A stretch of 64,000 nucleotides of DNA from Dictyostelium discoideum (GCA_000004695.1 CM000152.2:576001-640000); one strand, 5' to 3'. Numbered from the stretch's first letter, positions 1-12,832 are shown. A program made the numbers and translations. The notes: generated from the sequence alone by a model not told the origin.

Positions 1-993
1 ATTTATAATAATAATTGTTCACAATCTTATTTAATTTATAATGATACAACTTCATTTAATCCATTTGAAACTGATAATGATAATAATAACAATTCAAGAT
101 TAATTAAAAATGATCAATATTTTGAAATTGATAATATTGTTGCATCAGGATGGGATAAAGAGATATCAATGAAATTTACAACAAATATTAATAATCAAAA
201 TATATTTTATACAAATAATGGTTTAGAAATTATGAAAAGACAATGGGAAATTCATTGGAATGATACTTTTATTTGGAGTGAAATCACTAGTAACTTTTAT
301 CCAATGATTAACACTGGTTATATAGTTGATCAACAAGTTAGTGATTATCAACAGCAATTAACCATTTTATCAAAACAAACATTTGGTGCAAGTTCTCAAA
401 CAAATGGTGAATTTGAAGTATTGTTAATTCGTCGTTCAAATTATACTCAATGGTCAGTACATGAACCAATGAATGATACAAGTAATCCTTCGTTAAGAGT
501 GTTGTGTATATTTGGTGATCCAAATTTTAGTAATGAAATTCGAACTCCTCATTCAATATTATTTGAAAATCCATTACAACCAGTTTATTCATTAATTCCA
601 AACTCAATACCAATTGAAAAATATATTGATACTTATAATACACTATTTAAACCATTACAAACTTCATTACCATACAATTTACATCTATTAACTTTTACAA
701 AACAATGGATTGATTCACCTTCAATTATAATGAGATTAATTAATATTTATGAAATTGGTCAAAGTATTAATTTTTCAAAATCAATTAATTTTAATATTGG
801 TAGTGGTGATAATAACAATAACAATAATAATAATAATAATAATGGTTTTTTAACTCATTATAATATTTCTCAAATTATTGAAACTACATTATCTGCAAAT
901 TCTGAATTATCAAATCCAACAAATAATTTAGTAATTACTCTCGAACCTTTAGAAATTAAAACATTTTTATTAACATTATCACCAAAACAATAA
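1..993 (+). CDS. 3' end of a glycosyl hydrolase family 38 (lysosomal alpha-mannosidase-like) gene; the 5' part lies outside the window
   Basis: Frame 1 is open from nt 1 to the TAA at 991-993 (track ORF 169..993 is the same frame). The segment ...GEFEVLLIRRSNYTQWSVHEPMNDTS... matches the conserved C-terminal L(M/H)RRL..DD.RGV region of GH38 alpha-mannosidases. An Asn-rich insert is typical of Dictyostelium. Confidence 0.5.
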   Translation: MYNNNCSQSYLIYNDTTSFNPFETDNDNNNNSRLIKNDQYFEIDNIVASGWDKEISMKFTTNINNQNIFYTNNGLEIMKRQWEIHWNDTFIWSEITSNFYPMINTGYIVDQQVSDYQQQLTILSKQTFGASSQTNGEFEVLLIRRSNYTQWSVHEPMNDTSNPSLRVLCIFGDPNFSNEIRTPHSILFENPLQPVYSLIPNSIPIEKYIDTYNTLFKPLQTSLPYNLHLLTFTKQWIDSPSIIMRLINIYEIGQSINFSKSINFNIGSGDNNNNNNNNNNNGFLTHYNISQIIETTLSANSELSNPTNNLVITLEPLEIKTFLLTLSPKQ

Positions 994-1193
994 AAATTTT
1001 AATAATTATATCTTAAATGTCAAAGAAAAAAAATAATAATTAAATATTAAAATAAATTTACGAAAAAAAAAAAAATTAAAAATATAAATATAAATATAAA
1101 TATTAATAAAAAAAATAAAAAAAACAAGTGGTTCTTGTGTGTATGTGTGTGTGTCTTTACTGTTTTTATCATTTTTTATTTAAATTTTCTTCA

Positions 1194-1197
<4 letters not shown>

Positions 1198-1244
<47 letters not shown>

Positions 1245-1246
1245 CT
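1198..1246. repeat. T49 homopolymer
   Basis: Uninterrupted run of about 49 T, counted directly. It lies upstream of an A-rich start context. Confidence 0.95.
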
Positions 1247-1307
1247 CCATTTTTTCTATTTTAATATTAATCACCAATAAAAAATTCTAAAAAAAAAAAA
1301 AAAAAAA

Positions 1308-1604
1308 ATGGAAATTATTGAAATTAGAATTGGAAATAATAATAATGATATTATAATATCAATTATTAAAAAATGGATAAAAGAAAATGAAATTTTTATT
1401 GAAATTAAAAATTTATTATTATCATCATCAATTATATTAAAGAAAATTGATTACTTTAATGAAATTAAAAGATTTTCGTACATTGAGTACCAAATTTATT
1501 TTAATGAAAATAAAATTAAAAACGATAAAAATTGGACATGCAAAGAATTAATACCAAACCACACAAATAATAGAATGATTTTATTTTTTGGTAATGGAAG
1601 GTAA
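1308..1604 (+). CDS. Hypothetical small Ile/Asn/Lys-rich protein (98 aa), uncertain
   Basis: Track ORF with the typical Dictyostelium arrangement of a long T-run followed by AAAAAAATGG start context. There is no recognisable domain and the composition is close to the noncoding background. Confidence 0.2.
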   Translation: MEIIEIRIGNNNNDIIISIIKKWIKENEIFIEIKNLLLSSSIILKKIDYFNEIKRFSYIEYQIYFNENKIKNDKNWTCKELIPNHTNNRMILFFGNGR

Positions 1605-1937
1605 TAAGATATTTTTATGATTCTTCTGAAAAAAATAAAATTCTTTGGAAAATGTCATAAAAAAAAAAAATAAATAAAAAAAAAAATAAAAAAATAAAAA
1701 AATCTAAAAAAATAAAAAAACACTTGAAATAAAAAAAAAAAATTAACTGACACTTTTATATATAAATCTAAAATAATCAAAAAATAAAATAATATAAACC
1801 ATATATTTATATATATATATATTTAAATCTATATTAGTAAAAATAAATTAAAAGAAGAATCTTCAACTATTAAATTTATTAATAATAAAAATTATTTAAA
1901 TTCAAATAATTTTAAAAAAGTTAATATAGTTTCAATT

Positions 1938-3437
1938 ATGATTGAAAATGAAAAAATAGTTGGAGAAAATGAACCATTATTATTAAATGAAAATATAAAT
2001 ATATCAACAACAACAATAACAACTAGGAATAATAATGAAAATTTAAATAATAATAATAATTCAAAATTATCATTTTTTTTAATATTTAATGTTTCATTTT
2101 CAGTATTAAGTACATTACAATTTGGATATAATACAGGTGTTATATCACCAACTATTTTAGATATACAAACTATATTTGGATTAAATGTTAATGAAAAATC
2201 AATGTTAGTTAGTAGTGTATTATTTGGAGCAATGTTGGGATCATTTTTATCAGGATTCTTTGTTGATATTTTTGGTAGAAAAAAGACACTACTTGGAAAT
2301 AATTTATTTTATTTACTTGGACCATTGTTATGCTCAGTTGGAAAAAACTATGCAACTCTATTGATTGGTAGATTAATAACGGGTGTTGGCGTTGGTATTG
2401 CGTCATCGGTTGTGCCATTATATATTACAGAGATATCACCACCATCATTTAGAGGTTCATTAGGATTACTTAGACAAAGTACAGTGACATTGGGTATTAT
2501 GTTATCGTCATTGTTTGCCTATGGTTTATTAGTTTATTCAAATGGTTGGAGATACACATTCGCAATTGCGTCGATTCCATCACTATTTCAATTCATACTT
2601 GGTTATTGGTTTGTTGAGTCACCAAGATGGCTAGTTTCAAAGAATAGAGAGGATGAAGCTAAACAAATAATGAAAAAGATTGAACCACACGTTAGTGAAG
2701 ATTTAATAGATTTACAAATCACTAGAATTCGGTCAAGTGTTTTAGAACAAAAAGGAAATGACAACTGGTTACAGTTATTCCAATATCAGTATTTAAAAAT
2801 CTATATCATTGGTTTCGGGTTAAATATGCTTCAACAATTTGTTGGTATCAATTGTGTTATCTACTATAGTGGTATAATATTGGAGGATGCAGGGTTCGCC
2901 AAGAATGCTGCCGTGTTAATTGGTGCATTGGTTGGTATACCACAATTGGTGATGTTGTTGATATCAGTTTGGTTAATTGATAGATTCGGTAGAAAACCAT
3001 TACTACTTGTTGGTTGCATTGGTATGATCATTGGTTTGGCCGTATTGGGTTACCCATTCTATGATAACTCAAATCCAACTGGTAAAATTGATAATACTAA
3101 AAAAGGTTGGATCGCTGTTGCTGGTATGATTTTCTTTAAACTTATGTTTTCAATGGGTCTTGGTCCAATACCTGCTTTAATCGGGTCAGAGATTTTCCCT
3201 TCAAAAATTCGTGGTAAAGCAATGGCAATCTCTCAACTCTTAAATTGGGCTGCAAATTGTATTGTCAATTCAATGTATTTACATATGGTAAATTCAAAAC
3301 TTGGTCAAGCTGGTACTTTCTGGTTCTTTGGTGGTATTTCTATCATTACATTTTTCTTTGTTTTAATATTAGTACCTGAAACTAAAAATGTGCAAATTGA
3401 AGAACTTTCAAAAAGATTACTTTTAAAAAATAAATAA
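1938..3437 (+). CDS. MFS sugar porter (GLUT-like hexose transporter), single exon
   Basis: 499-aa ORF with 12 predicted TM segments. It carries sugar-porter signatures: GRKKTL after TM2, PESPRWL after TM6 and PETKN near the C-terminus. Confidence 0.85.
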   Translation: MIENEKIVGENEPLLLNENINISTTTITTRNNNENLNNNNNSKLSFFLIFNVSFSVLSTLQFGYNTGVISPTILDIQTIFGLNVNEKSMLVSSVLFGAMLGSFLSGFFVDIFGRKKTLLGNNLFYLLGPLLCSVGKNYATLLIGRLITGVGVGIASSVVPLYITEISPPSFRGSLGLLRQSTVTLGIMLSSLFAYGLLVYSNGWRYTFAIASIPSLFQFILGYWFVESPRWLVSKNREDEAKQIMKKIEPHVSEDLIDLQITRIRSSVLEQKGNDNWLQLFQYQYLKIYIIGFGLNMLQQFVGINCVIYYSGIILEDAGFAKNAAVLIGALVGIPQLVMLLISVWLIDRFGRKPLLLVGCIGMIIGLAVLGYPFYDNSNPTGKIDNTKKGWIAVAGMIFFKLMFSMGLGPIPALIGSEIFPSKIRGKAMAISQLLNWAANCIVNSMYLHMVNSKLGQAGTFWFFGGISIITFFFVLILVPETKNVQIEELSKRLLLKNK

Positions 3438-3705
3438 AATTTTATTTAGAAATAAAATAAAATAATATAAAATAAAAGATATAAAATATTTGTGTAATTA
3501 AAAAAAAAAAAAAAAAATAATTATGGAAATGATTAGAAAAAAAAATTTTTAGTCACAGTAATTAATTTTAAAAAAAATACAAATAATAATAATAAAAAAA
3601 AAAAGATTTATATAAATAGAATAAAAGTTTTTTTTTTTATTATTATTTTTTTTTTTTTTATTTATTTTTATTTTTGGATTTTAAAAAAAATTATTAATAA
3701 AATCT

Positions 3706-4766
3706 TTAAGAATTTGTTGAAAATTTGAATGAACATTTAACACAATCATAAAAAATTGTTTGACCTTCATCTGCTGATCTAGTTTGTGCTGTTTTGAAAT
3801 ACATTTTACCATGACCACATTCTGGGCATTTTTCATCAATCTTTAAAATATTATTATTTTTATTATTATTAGTATTAAATTAATAGAAAAAAATTTATTA
3901 AGAAAATTTATTTTTAAAAAACTTACAATTGCACCACGATCTTCTTCATTATCTTCTTCTTTATTTTTAATTGATTTATTAAAGAGAGAACTTTTAGTAA
4001 CAATTTTTTTATTGAGTAAATCAGCTTTACTCTTTGAGAAAGTACATAATGAACAAGTGATATGTTGTGAAAAATTCTTTGGATAATTTAAAAATGCATT
4101 GCATTGTGGACAAAAATCAGCTTTGATATTTGAAACGTATAATGATGACCATGGTGATTTTGAATCATCTGGTGATGGTTCTTTTTTAAATTTAGATTCC
4201 ATCTTTTGACTTTTTAATAATTGTTGGTGTTGTTGTTTTTGAATTGGTGTCATAATAGTTTTACTTGATTTAATTGGTGTTTTTGAATCTTCCTCTTCTT
4301 CTTCATTATCTGATTCCTCTTGTTCTTGTTTTTTTGATTTCTTTTTACTATCACCACTATCTTTATCTTTATTTTTTCTTTTTTTATCTTTTTTATTACT
4401 ATTATCCTCTTCTTCTTCTTCTTCTTGTTTTATTTCTTGTTCTTCTTCTTGTTCTTCTTCTTCATCATCAGAATCTTTTGATTTTTTAGATTTTTTAGAT
4501 TTCTTTTTTTCTTTCTTTTCTTTCTTTTTTTTCTTTTTATCTGATTCTTCATCTTGTTCATCTTCTACATTTTCTTCATCTTCTTCTTGGTCATCATTAT
4601 CATTATCTTTTTTACTCTTTTTAGATTTCTTTTCTTTTTTATCTTTCTTTTTTTTATCTTTTTTTGAATGGTTTGTTTCTTCTTCACTTTCAATTTTATC
4701 CTCTTTCAATTCAAAATCTTCTTTCTCTTCTTTTTTCTCTTTTTTAACTTTAATTTCTTTTGCCAT
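3706..4766 (-). CDS. DNA-directed RNA polymerase I subunit RPA12 (A12.2/ZNRD1 homolog) with a long Lys/Glu/Asp-rich N-terminal extension
   Basis: Two exons on the minus strand, 3927..4766 and 3706..3840, separated by an 86-nt AT-rich intron (GTAAGT...TTTAAAG). The spliced C-terminus ...DFCPQCNAFLNYPKNFSQHITCSLCTF...RGAI|IDEKCPECGHGKMYFKTAQTRSADEGQTIFYDCVKCSFKFSTNS* contains an N-terminal Zn ribbon and a TFIIS-type C-terminal Zn ribbon with the QTRSADE motif. The human RPA12 equivalent is ...IKEKCPQCG...LQLRSADEGATVFYTC. The tail of track ORF 3843..4766 is intron read-through. Confidence 0.8.
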
Positions 4767-5544
4767 TTTTAAAATTTAATAAAATTTCGATTTTGCCCAT
4801 CCATAACCAAAATATTAAAAAAAAAAAATTATTAAATTTGGCCGAATGAAAAAAAAAAATTTTTTTCGTTTTTTCATTTTTTTTTTTTTTTAATTTTTTT
4901 TTTTTTATTTTTATTTTTTTTTTTATTTTTATTTTTGTATTCATTTATTTATTTTTTTTTTTTTTTTGTTGGGCTATATTTAAAATGGAAATTAAATGAA
5001 AAAAATAAAATAAAATGATTTCTTAAAAAGATTTCATTTTTTTCGGATTTTAAATTAAAAAATTAATATAGTGTAAAAACTATGATTATGGAAAAGTTTA
5101 ATTAATTTTTATTTTATTTTTTTTAAATCTATTTTTATTTTTAATTTTATTTTTAATTTTATATTTCAATACTTTCTGATCTATATGGATTATCATAAAC
5201 ATATAAAAAACAAGTAAATAATAAACGTTTTATTAAAAAATATATTTATTAATAAATTAAATTTATTTTAAAATAAATCTTTTTTTTTGTGTGTGTTTAA
5301 ATTTTATTTCTTTATTATAAAATTTACCACAAAACACATATTTATTTTAAAAAAAAAAAAAAAAAATTAAAATTTTAAAAAATTGACACCCTTTTCAATT
5401 ATTTATCAATCTCTTTACATTGCCCATACATTATTTATTATTATTTTTTTTTTTTGTTTTTTTTTGTTTTTTTTTTTTTTTTCCCAACCCCCATTACGAT
5501 AATCGCCCACGAATTTAATTTAAGTTTCGGTTCCATCCATTTTT

Positions 5545-5582
<38 letters not shown>

Positions 5583-5626
5583 CTTTATTCCTTAATTTCT
5601 ATCAACCACATTAAATAATAATATTA

Positions 5627-7695
5627 ATGGCATTAAACAGTAATATAAATATCCAAGATAGTAATAATAATGATAATAATATTAATAATAATAATGAATA
5701 TAATGATTGTAATGTAGCATATTTCACCAATTCTTCAAACCAAAAAAATTATGCAGGAGGTAGTGGTAATTTTGGAGGAGCGGCTGATGAAGGGGGCGAA
5801 TCTGAATTTTCACCATCTGCAATTATAATTAATAGTAGCAACAGAGATAATAACATTAATGGTGCTGACGGCGAATATTCCCCAATAATTATAATTAACG
5901 AGAGAGATGGTGGTAATATTGATAACGATAATGAAGAACAACAACCAATAATATTACATATAAAAAGTGAAAATAAAAATAAAAATAAAAATGTATCATC
6001 AACTACTAATACTACTACTACTACCATTGGTGGTGAAATTTATAATGAAATCGATATTTATAATGAAAATTCAACCACAACCACAACAAAATCAAAAAAA
6101 AAAAAAATAACCACATTCCAAAGTGGTAATTATTTTGTAAAATTAATTTCAATTTTTAAAACACTTTTTAAAAATAAAAGAAGAATATTAGTGGGTTTTC
6201 TAGCAATAAATATTGGTTTCCCATTATATTTAGCATATAATACACCAAGTTCAATGGTTAAAATATTTGGTATGTAAAAAATTAAAATAAAAAAAAAAAA
6301 AAAAATAAAATAAAACTATTATTTGTATTAATAAATAAAAAAAATAAAAAAAAAGATGAGCATTATGATATGAATGCATCACAGTATAGTAGATTGTATT
6401 CAGTTTATGCAATACCAAATATAGTATTAGTATTTTTAGGAGGAATATTAGTAGATTTAATTGGGGTTAATAAATGTTCAATTATATGTTCAACTTTATT
6501 AACAATATCAGTTGTATTATGTGCAATATCATCTACACCAGCAAATTATGAATTACTATTATTTAGTAGAATTTTATTAGGAGTTGGTGGTGAAACTATG
6601 ATTGTTTGTATAGCAAGTTATATAACTCAATTTTTTGAAACTTCAAATCAAAGTTTATTATTTGGTCTTGAAGGTATGTGGCTTCAAATTGGATCATTAT
6701 TAGCATTCTCTGTATTACCAACACTTTACGAATCAACAAGTTTGGCTTTTTCACTTTGGTCAATTGCAATTCTAGCTATGTTTTGTACATTTTTAAATAT
6801 AATTTTTATAATTTTTCAAGAAAGACTTAAATTTAATAAAAATGAAAATGAAAATGAAAATGAAAATGAAAATGAAAATGAAAATGAAAATGAAAATGAA
6901 AATATTGAATTAATAACTACAAATGGTGCAGATTTACCAAATTCAGAAATAAATACAACAAAAGTTGAAAAAAAAGAAAAAGAAGAGGAAGAGAATGGTG
7001 ATAAATCAAAATTAATAATATTAAAAAATAAAATTAAACAAGCAATATTATTAGTGAAAACAATGCCATCAAGAGTTTGGTTACTTTGTTTAGTTTCATT
7101 TTTTGGATATTCAGGATTCTTTGGAATGGATATAATTTTCACAGATATGGCAATTGAAAAGTATGGTTACTCTGATAGGGGTGCAGCGATTATTATGGCA
7201 TTTGAAACTTTATGTACAGGTATTTCAAGTCCGTTATTTGGTTACTTTGTTAGAAAATTAGAGAGAAATATATTATCGATGGGTATTGGATTGATGATGA
7301 TGTTGCTTGGTATGCTATTAATCGTTTCAACTTCAAATAATGTTAATCCAATTGCATTTGTTGTTATGTGTGGTATGGGTTACATTTTTATGACAAATGC
7401 AATATATTCCTCAATTCCATTATTAGTCGATTCAAATAGTCAAGGTACTGCATTTGGATTAATTGGAACTTCCTATAATATTGGTATTGTAATTTTCCCT
7501 TATATCTTATCCTCAATTCGTTTATCAAGTGGTTCATATACAATCTCATTTTGGTTATTAGTATTAAGTACTTTTATTGCTTTAATTGGTTTATTATTTT
7601 TAAAATATTTTGATTCAAAAAATAATATAAATATTTCAAATCGTTTAGATAGAGGTCATTATAATTTTAATAAAATTTTAAAAATAAATAAATAA
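5627..7695 (+). CDS. Major facilitator superfamily transporter with an Asn-rich N-terminal region and an internal (Asn-Glu)n loop
   Basis: Two exons, 5627..6269 and 6356..7695, joined in phase 1 across an 86-nt intron (GTATGT...AAAAG): ...SSMVKIF|DEHYDMNASQYSRLYSVYAIPNIVLVFLGGILVDLIG.... TM1 (RRILVGFLAINIGFPLYLAY) lies in exon 1, so both track ORFs belong to one MFS protein. There are about 12 TM helices. Confidence 0.7.
6841..6903 (+). repeat. (GAAAAT)n hexamer repeat encoding (Asn-Glu)n inside the MFS transporter loop
   Basis: About 10 tandem copies of gaaaat. They are in frame and translate to NENENENE... Confidence 0.9.
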
Positions 7696-7778
7696 AAACT
7701 AAAAATAAGTTTGAAAAAAAAAAAAAAAAAAAAAAAAGAAATTAAAGGATTTTCTTTGGAACCTAAAAAAAAAAAAAA

Positions 7779-7918
7779 CATATGGTCTTTTCTTTTATTT
7801 TTAAATTTTATTTTTAAATTTTTTAATTTGATGATGAATTTAATCGGATTTAGATTTGAATTAGATTTGAATTAGATTTGAATTAGATTTGAATTAGATT
7901 TGAATTTCGATTTGTACA
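7779..7918 (+). repeat. Copy A of a dispersed element of about 140 bp with an internal (AGATTTGAATT)5 tandem array
   Basis: The sequence catatggtcttttcttttatttttaaattttatttttaaattttttaatttgatgatgaatttaatcggatttagatttgaatt(agatttgaatt)x4 tcgatttgtacatg matches the reverse complement of 51962..52103 at roughly 85% identity. That copy carries 3 tandem units. Confidence 0.8.
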
Positions 7919-8770
7919 TGTTGGTTTTTTTTTTTAGAGAATCGAAAAAAAAAAAAAAGAAAAAAAAATATATTAATTCATTGAAAAAACGTATTGGTTA
8001 TCTTCCTTTTGTAAGAAATAGGTGGGAAATTTTTTTTAATTTTTTTTTTTTCCAACCTATTTCTTTTACAGCAACAAATACATTTTTTTATTTATTTTTT
8101 ATTTATTTTTATTAAATTATTAAAATTTGAACCATTTATTTAATTATTCGTAACATTTGGGAAATTACTTGAAAAATTGGATGACGACAAACCACCCAAT
8201 AAAAAAAAAAAATAAAAATAAAAAAAAAAAAAATTGTTTTTTTGAGAAATAAAAAATAAAAAAAAATTGTTTTTTTTTATTTCATCGCGATTGGTACAAC
8301 ACCCACTCCTACCCAATCAGAGTCAAAAAAAAAAAAAAAAATAATTCACTCGTTTTTACAGTAGTATCGTTTTTTTGTGAAAATAAAATTTTATTTCAAA
8401 AGCATGTATTTTTAGGTGTTTTGTACCCGTTGTTGGAATTTCAACAGTTTGATTTTGTTAAAAAACGACAAATGAAAAAAATGATTGGTTCATTATTTTA
8501 GTGTTATTGTGATTTTTTTCAGATTGAGATTTCGGCTTTTTTTGAAATACACATCAGTTTTTAAAAACAGTTTGTGCTCAATCAAATTAAAGGATTGTGT
8601 GTTTTCATTTCCTAATATGTTGTTTTTTTTTTTTTTATCATAAGACATTATTGTAAAAGAACAAAAAACATTTACTTTTTTTTTTTATTTTATTTTTTTT
8701 TTTTATTCAAATTTTAATTTAATTTTTTTTTTTTTTTTTTTTTTTCTAATCACTTTTCACTTTTCATTTC

Positions 8771-8806
<36 letters not shown>

Positions 8807-8883
8807 CCAATAATATAATTTTAATAATCCCTTTTCATAATTTTAATTTTTTTTTTTATTTTTTTTTTTTTTTTAAATTATTA

Positions 8884-8921
<38 letters not shown>

Positions 8922-9875
8922 TTATAATTTTTCATATAACATCATAAAATACTTCTTTTTTATCATTCCCAACTAAATAAGATTTTGTCCAATAAAAAAA
9001 AAAAAAAAAAATTTACACACAATCAATAAAAGGAAGCAAAGATTTATCACAAGATTTTATTGGTTCAGAGGTTTTTTTTTTCATAAGCAATTAGATTGTA
9101 TAAAAAATTACGATTGGAAATTTTTTAAAAAAAAAAAAAAAAAAAAAAAATTATTTTTTAAAAAAAAAAAAAAAGCCATTTTTTTTTAAGAATCTTACGG
9201 ACAACCCATTATCAATATTTGGTGTTCGATAAATTAATATTGTCTCAAAAAATAATTTTCGTATTTTTTAAAAAAAAGACAGTCAGTTGATTAAGATAAT
9301 TTAAAACGCGGGTCGTCCAATCAAAAACATTTTTTCCACTTTCCAACCTTTTCTATTTTTTTTTTTTTTTTTTTTTTATAATTAAAATATTATTAAAATC
9401 AATTCAATTTATTAAAAAAAAAAAATTTTTTGGTTTTTTTTTTTTTATCCACTTTTTTTTTTTCTTTCTTTTATTATTATTATTATTTATTTTTTTATTT
9501 ATTTTTTTTCATTTTTTTTTTTTTTTATAATAAATAATTTACAACAATATTAAAAATAATTTACATTTTAAAAATTTTATTTTATTTTATTTTATTTTTT
9601 TTTTTATTTAGAAAATAATTACATAAAAATAATTGTACGCATCACCACTTTGCTCATAGTAAAAATAATAATAGTAAAATTAAAATTAATCACATCAACA
9701 AAACACCTATAATTTGAAATTAAATTGCTAAATTTATCCCCCACCCCAAATTCAAATAACAAAATTTAATTTAAATATTTTTTTATTTTTTTATTTTTTT
9801 TTTCAACAAAAATAATCACGTAATCATCCATTTCTCGTTTTTTCGCTTTTGAAAAGGACCAAAATAATAATTTTT

Positions 9876-9910
<35 letters not shown>

Positions 9911-10247
9911 TAAACAATTCATACACGACAAGGCCAGGGTTATATTTTTTATTTTTTCAAAAAAAAAATAAAAATAAAAATAAAAATAAAGGAATTAATC
10001 AACTCGTTTTGAATATTTTTTTAATTAATCAACTCGTTTTGAAATTTTTTTTTTTAAATTTTTTTTTTTTTTGTCCAAATTTAAAATTTAATCATTTCAA
10101 ATAATAACCCAATCCCCATCACTGTTCAATTTTTCAAAACCACCATATAAAAAAAAATAAAATAAAATAAAATAAATAAAAAAAAGTAACACCAATCATA
10201 ATTTATTTTGGAAAATAATACATATTTTATTTTTATTTTTATTTTCC

Positions 10248-10283
<36 letters not shown>

Positions 10284-10380
10284 TCCTATAAATTAAAAAA
10301 AAAAAAAAAAAAATTAACCATATTTATTTATTTATATATAAAATAAAATAAAATAAATAAAAAAAAAATAAAAAAAAAAA

Positions 10381-11653
10381 ATGGTAGAATCACCAAAAGT
10401 TAGAAGAACATCATCAAGTCAAAGATTATATAATAATAATATTAAATGGGTTACTGTTAGACCATCAACAGATAATAATAATAATAATAGTAGTCAAAAA
10501 AGAAGTAGTAATATAAATATTTTTACAGGTGAAAGCCACCAACCTGAAGAATTTGAAATTGAAAGCCATGGAAGTAGTAGTAGTATTGGTACAAGTTTAG
10601 ATGAATATAATCAACATTATTTACAAGCACAACAACACCAACACCAACACCAACAACATAAACATATATTTGGGTCATCATTTGTTGATTTATCCGGTTT
10701 CACACCAAATAGTTTTGAATTCAAATATCCATCAGTTGGAAATTCTCCAAGTGTAACTGTTTCATCATCATTATCACTATCATCGTCAATCATGGGTACA
10801 AGTTCTGGTAAAAGTAAATTATCATTGGACACTTGGAAACTTGCCAATCCAGATTCCACAATTACAATTAAAAAAATAAAAACAAGTCCACGTGGAAGTA
10901 AAGAAGATATTTTTAATGCTGATTCCGAACAACAACCACAATCATCACCACAATTACAATTGCCATTACATCCACAACCACAACCACAATCACAATCACA
11001 TATAACTAGTAATGCTAATGCACCACAATCTTCATTTAATAAAGTACAACCACAAGGACAAGAACCACAATCAGTTGTAAATAGAACTAGATCAAGACAA
11101 TTATCTAAACCACCAGTTTTCATTCAACAATTTCAAAATCATCATCATCAACAACAACAACAACAACAACAACATCAATTATCAACATCTCAATCATCTG
11201 CATCATCATTAATTTCACATACTCAAAGAAGATTATCAAGAGCAAAACAACATCAAGTTGAATTTAATAATAATGGTAATGGAAATAGTAATAATGGTAA
11301 TGGTGAAAAAGTACATTTACAACATGCATTGGTTTTATATAGTTTTGATGCTGATCTTGAAGAAGAATTAAATTTAATTAAAGATACTACAATCATTGTT
11401 GTTGAACAATGTGCTGACGGTTGGTGGAAAGGTAGACATTTAGATTCCACCAAAGTTGCTACTTTCCCTGCAAATTATGTTAAATTAATACCATCATTAT
11501 TACCACAAAATAATAATAATACTACTACCACATTACCATCATCGTCATCATCAACTAATACTACTACTACCACCACTAATAATAATAATACACCAACATC
11601 AATTGATCAACAAATTCAATTATTAAATAAAAAAAGATCAGAATCACTTTCAA

Positions 11654-11713
<60 letters not shown>

Positions 11714-12832
11714 GTTGTTTTAAAGATGATCCAAATATATTTTTTCCAACATTTAATAATAATTTAAGTAGTAGTAATAGTAGTAGAGTAAATACTGATA
11801 ATGGGTCAATGTCATTTAGTAAATCATCAAGATCAATTAGAAAGAATAGTTTATCATCGTCATTTAGTAGTAGTAGTAATGCATCAGCATCGATTTTATT
11901 CCAAATTAAAGTTTATGTACCACCATTTCATGAACATACAATTATATTAATAGCTGGTGGTGATACATTAAAAGATTTATTAGAGAAACTTGGTAGAAAA
12001 AAGAAAATGTTATTCAATGAATTTAAATGTAAATTAAGATATTACGATTCAAATATTGATTTACCATTGGATACTTTAATTTCATCTTTAAAAGATTCCG
12101 ATAGAAATCCATTAAAATTATTCATGTTATCATTTGACTATATTAATAAATTTAATAATATAACTACAAATATCCAACTTTCAAATTATTTTATAATTTC
12201 ATATAATAATATTAAAAATAATAATAATAATAATAATCATAATAATAATAGTATTTTACAAAAACAATGGGTTATATTTGATAATCAGTCAATTCAAATT
12301 TTTAATAGTCATACAGATCAACAACCAATTAGAATTATTGGATTGAAATATAGTAGTGTGAAACACTCAAATTCTTCTCCAAATTGTTTTATTGTTAAAA
12401 CTCCATTTAGTTTATTTAAATTCACTCATGACTATTTTAATATCGTTAATCAATGGATTGATACAATTGAGCAATCTAGGGAATACCAAGATGGTAATCC
12501 AAATTTAAAAAGAAAACAAAAGAAATTAATTATTAAATCATCAGATTCTTTATCGAATACAACTTCTTCATTATCTTTCTCTGGTCATTTCCCACCACCA
12601 ATTGATAGAAAACAACAAATTCTTGAAATTAGAAATAAAGAAATTAATAGAGTTTGTGTTGACTGTTGTTCAAAAGATCCTGAATGGGCTTCAATCTCAT
12701 TAGGTTGTTTCTTATGTGATACTTGTTGTGGTATTCATCAAAAAGTACTTCCAAATTATTCTGAAGTTTTATCAGTAATTTTAGATGATCAATGGGAAGA
12801 TATTCATATTAATGTAAGTTGAAAATAATTAA

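Noticed and set aside
3843-3926. C-terminal tail of track ORF 3843..4766 (..SFLKINFLNKFFSINLILIIIKIIIF), and similar tails of ORFs 18979..19662, 43902..44135, 44744..46057 and 39066..39842
   Set aside because: These are read-through into AT-rich introns beyond GTAAGT-type donors. Homology resumes in downstream exons.
5749-7142. Minus-strand ORFs 5749..6027 and 6816..7142
   Set aside because: They are antisense to the low-complexity N-terminus and the (NE)n loop of the MFS transporter.
9874-10104. Short ORFs dominated by poly-Phe or poly-Lys, such as 9874..10104, 13107..13604, 42600..42935, 46886..47277 and 60434..60688
   Set aside because: They are generated by homopolymer T or A runs in intergenic DNA, with no coding-like periodicity.
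10617-11123. 168-aa Cys/Gly-rich minus-strand ORF
   Set aside because: It is the antisense reading of the Gln/His/Pro-rich (CAA/CAC/CCA) low-complexity region of the ArfGAP gene. It has no start context and no independent support.
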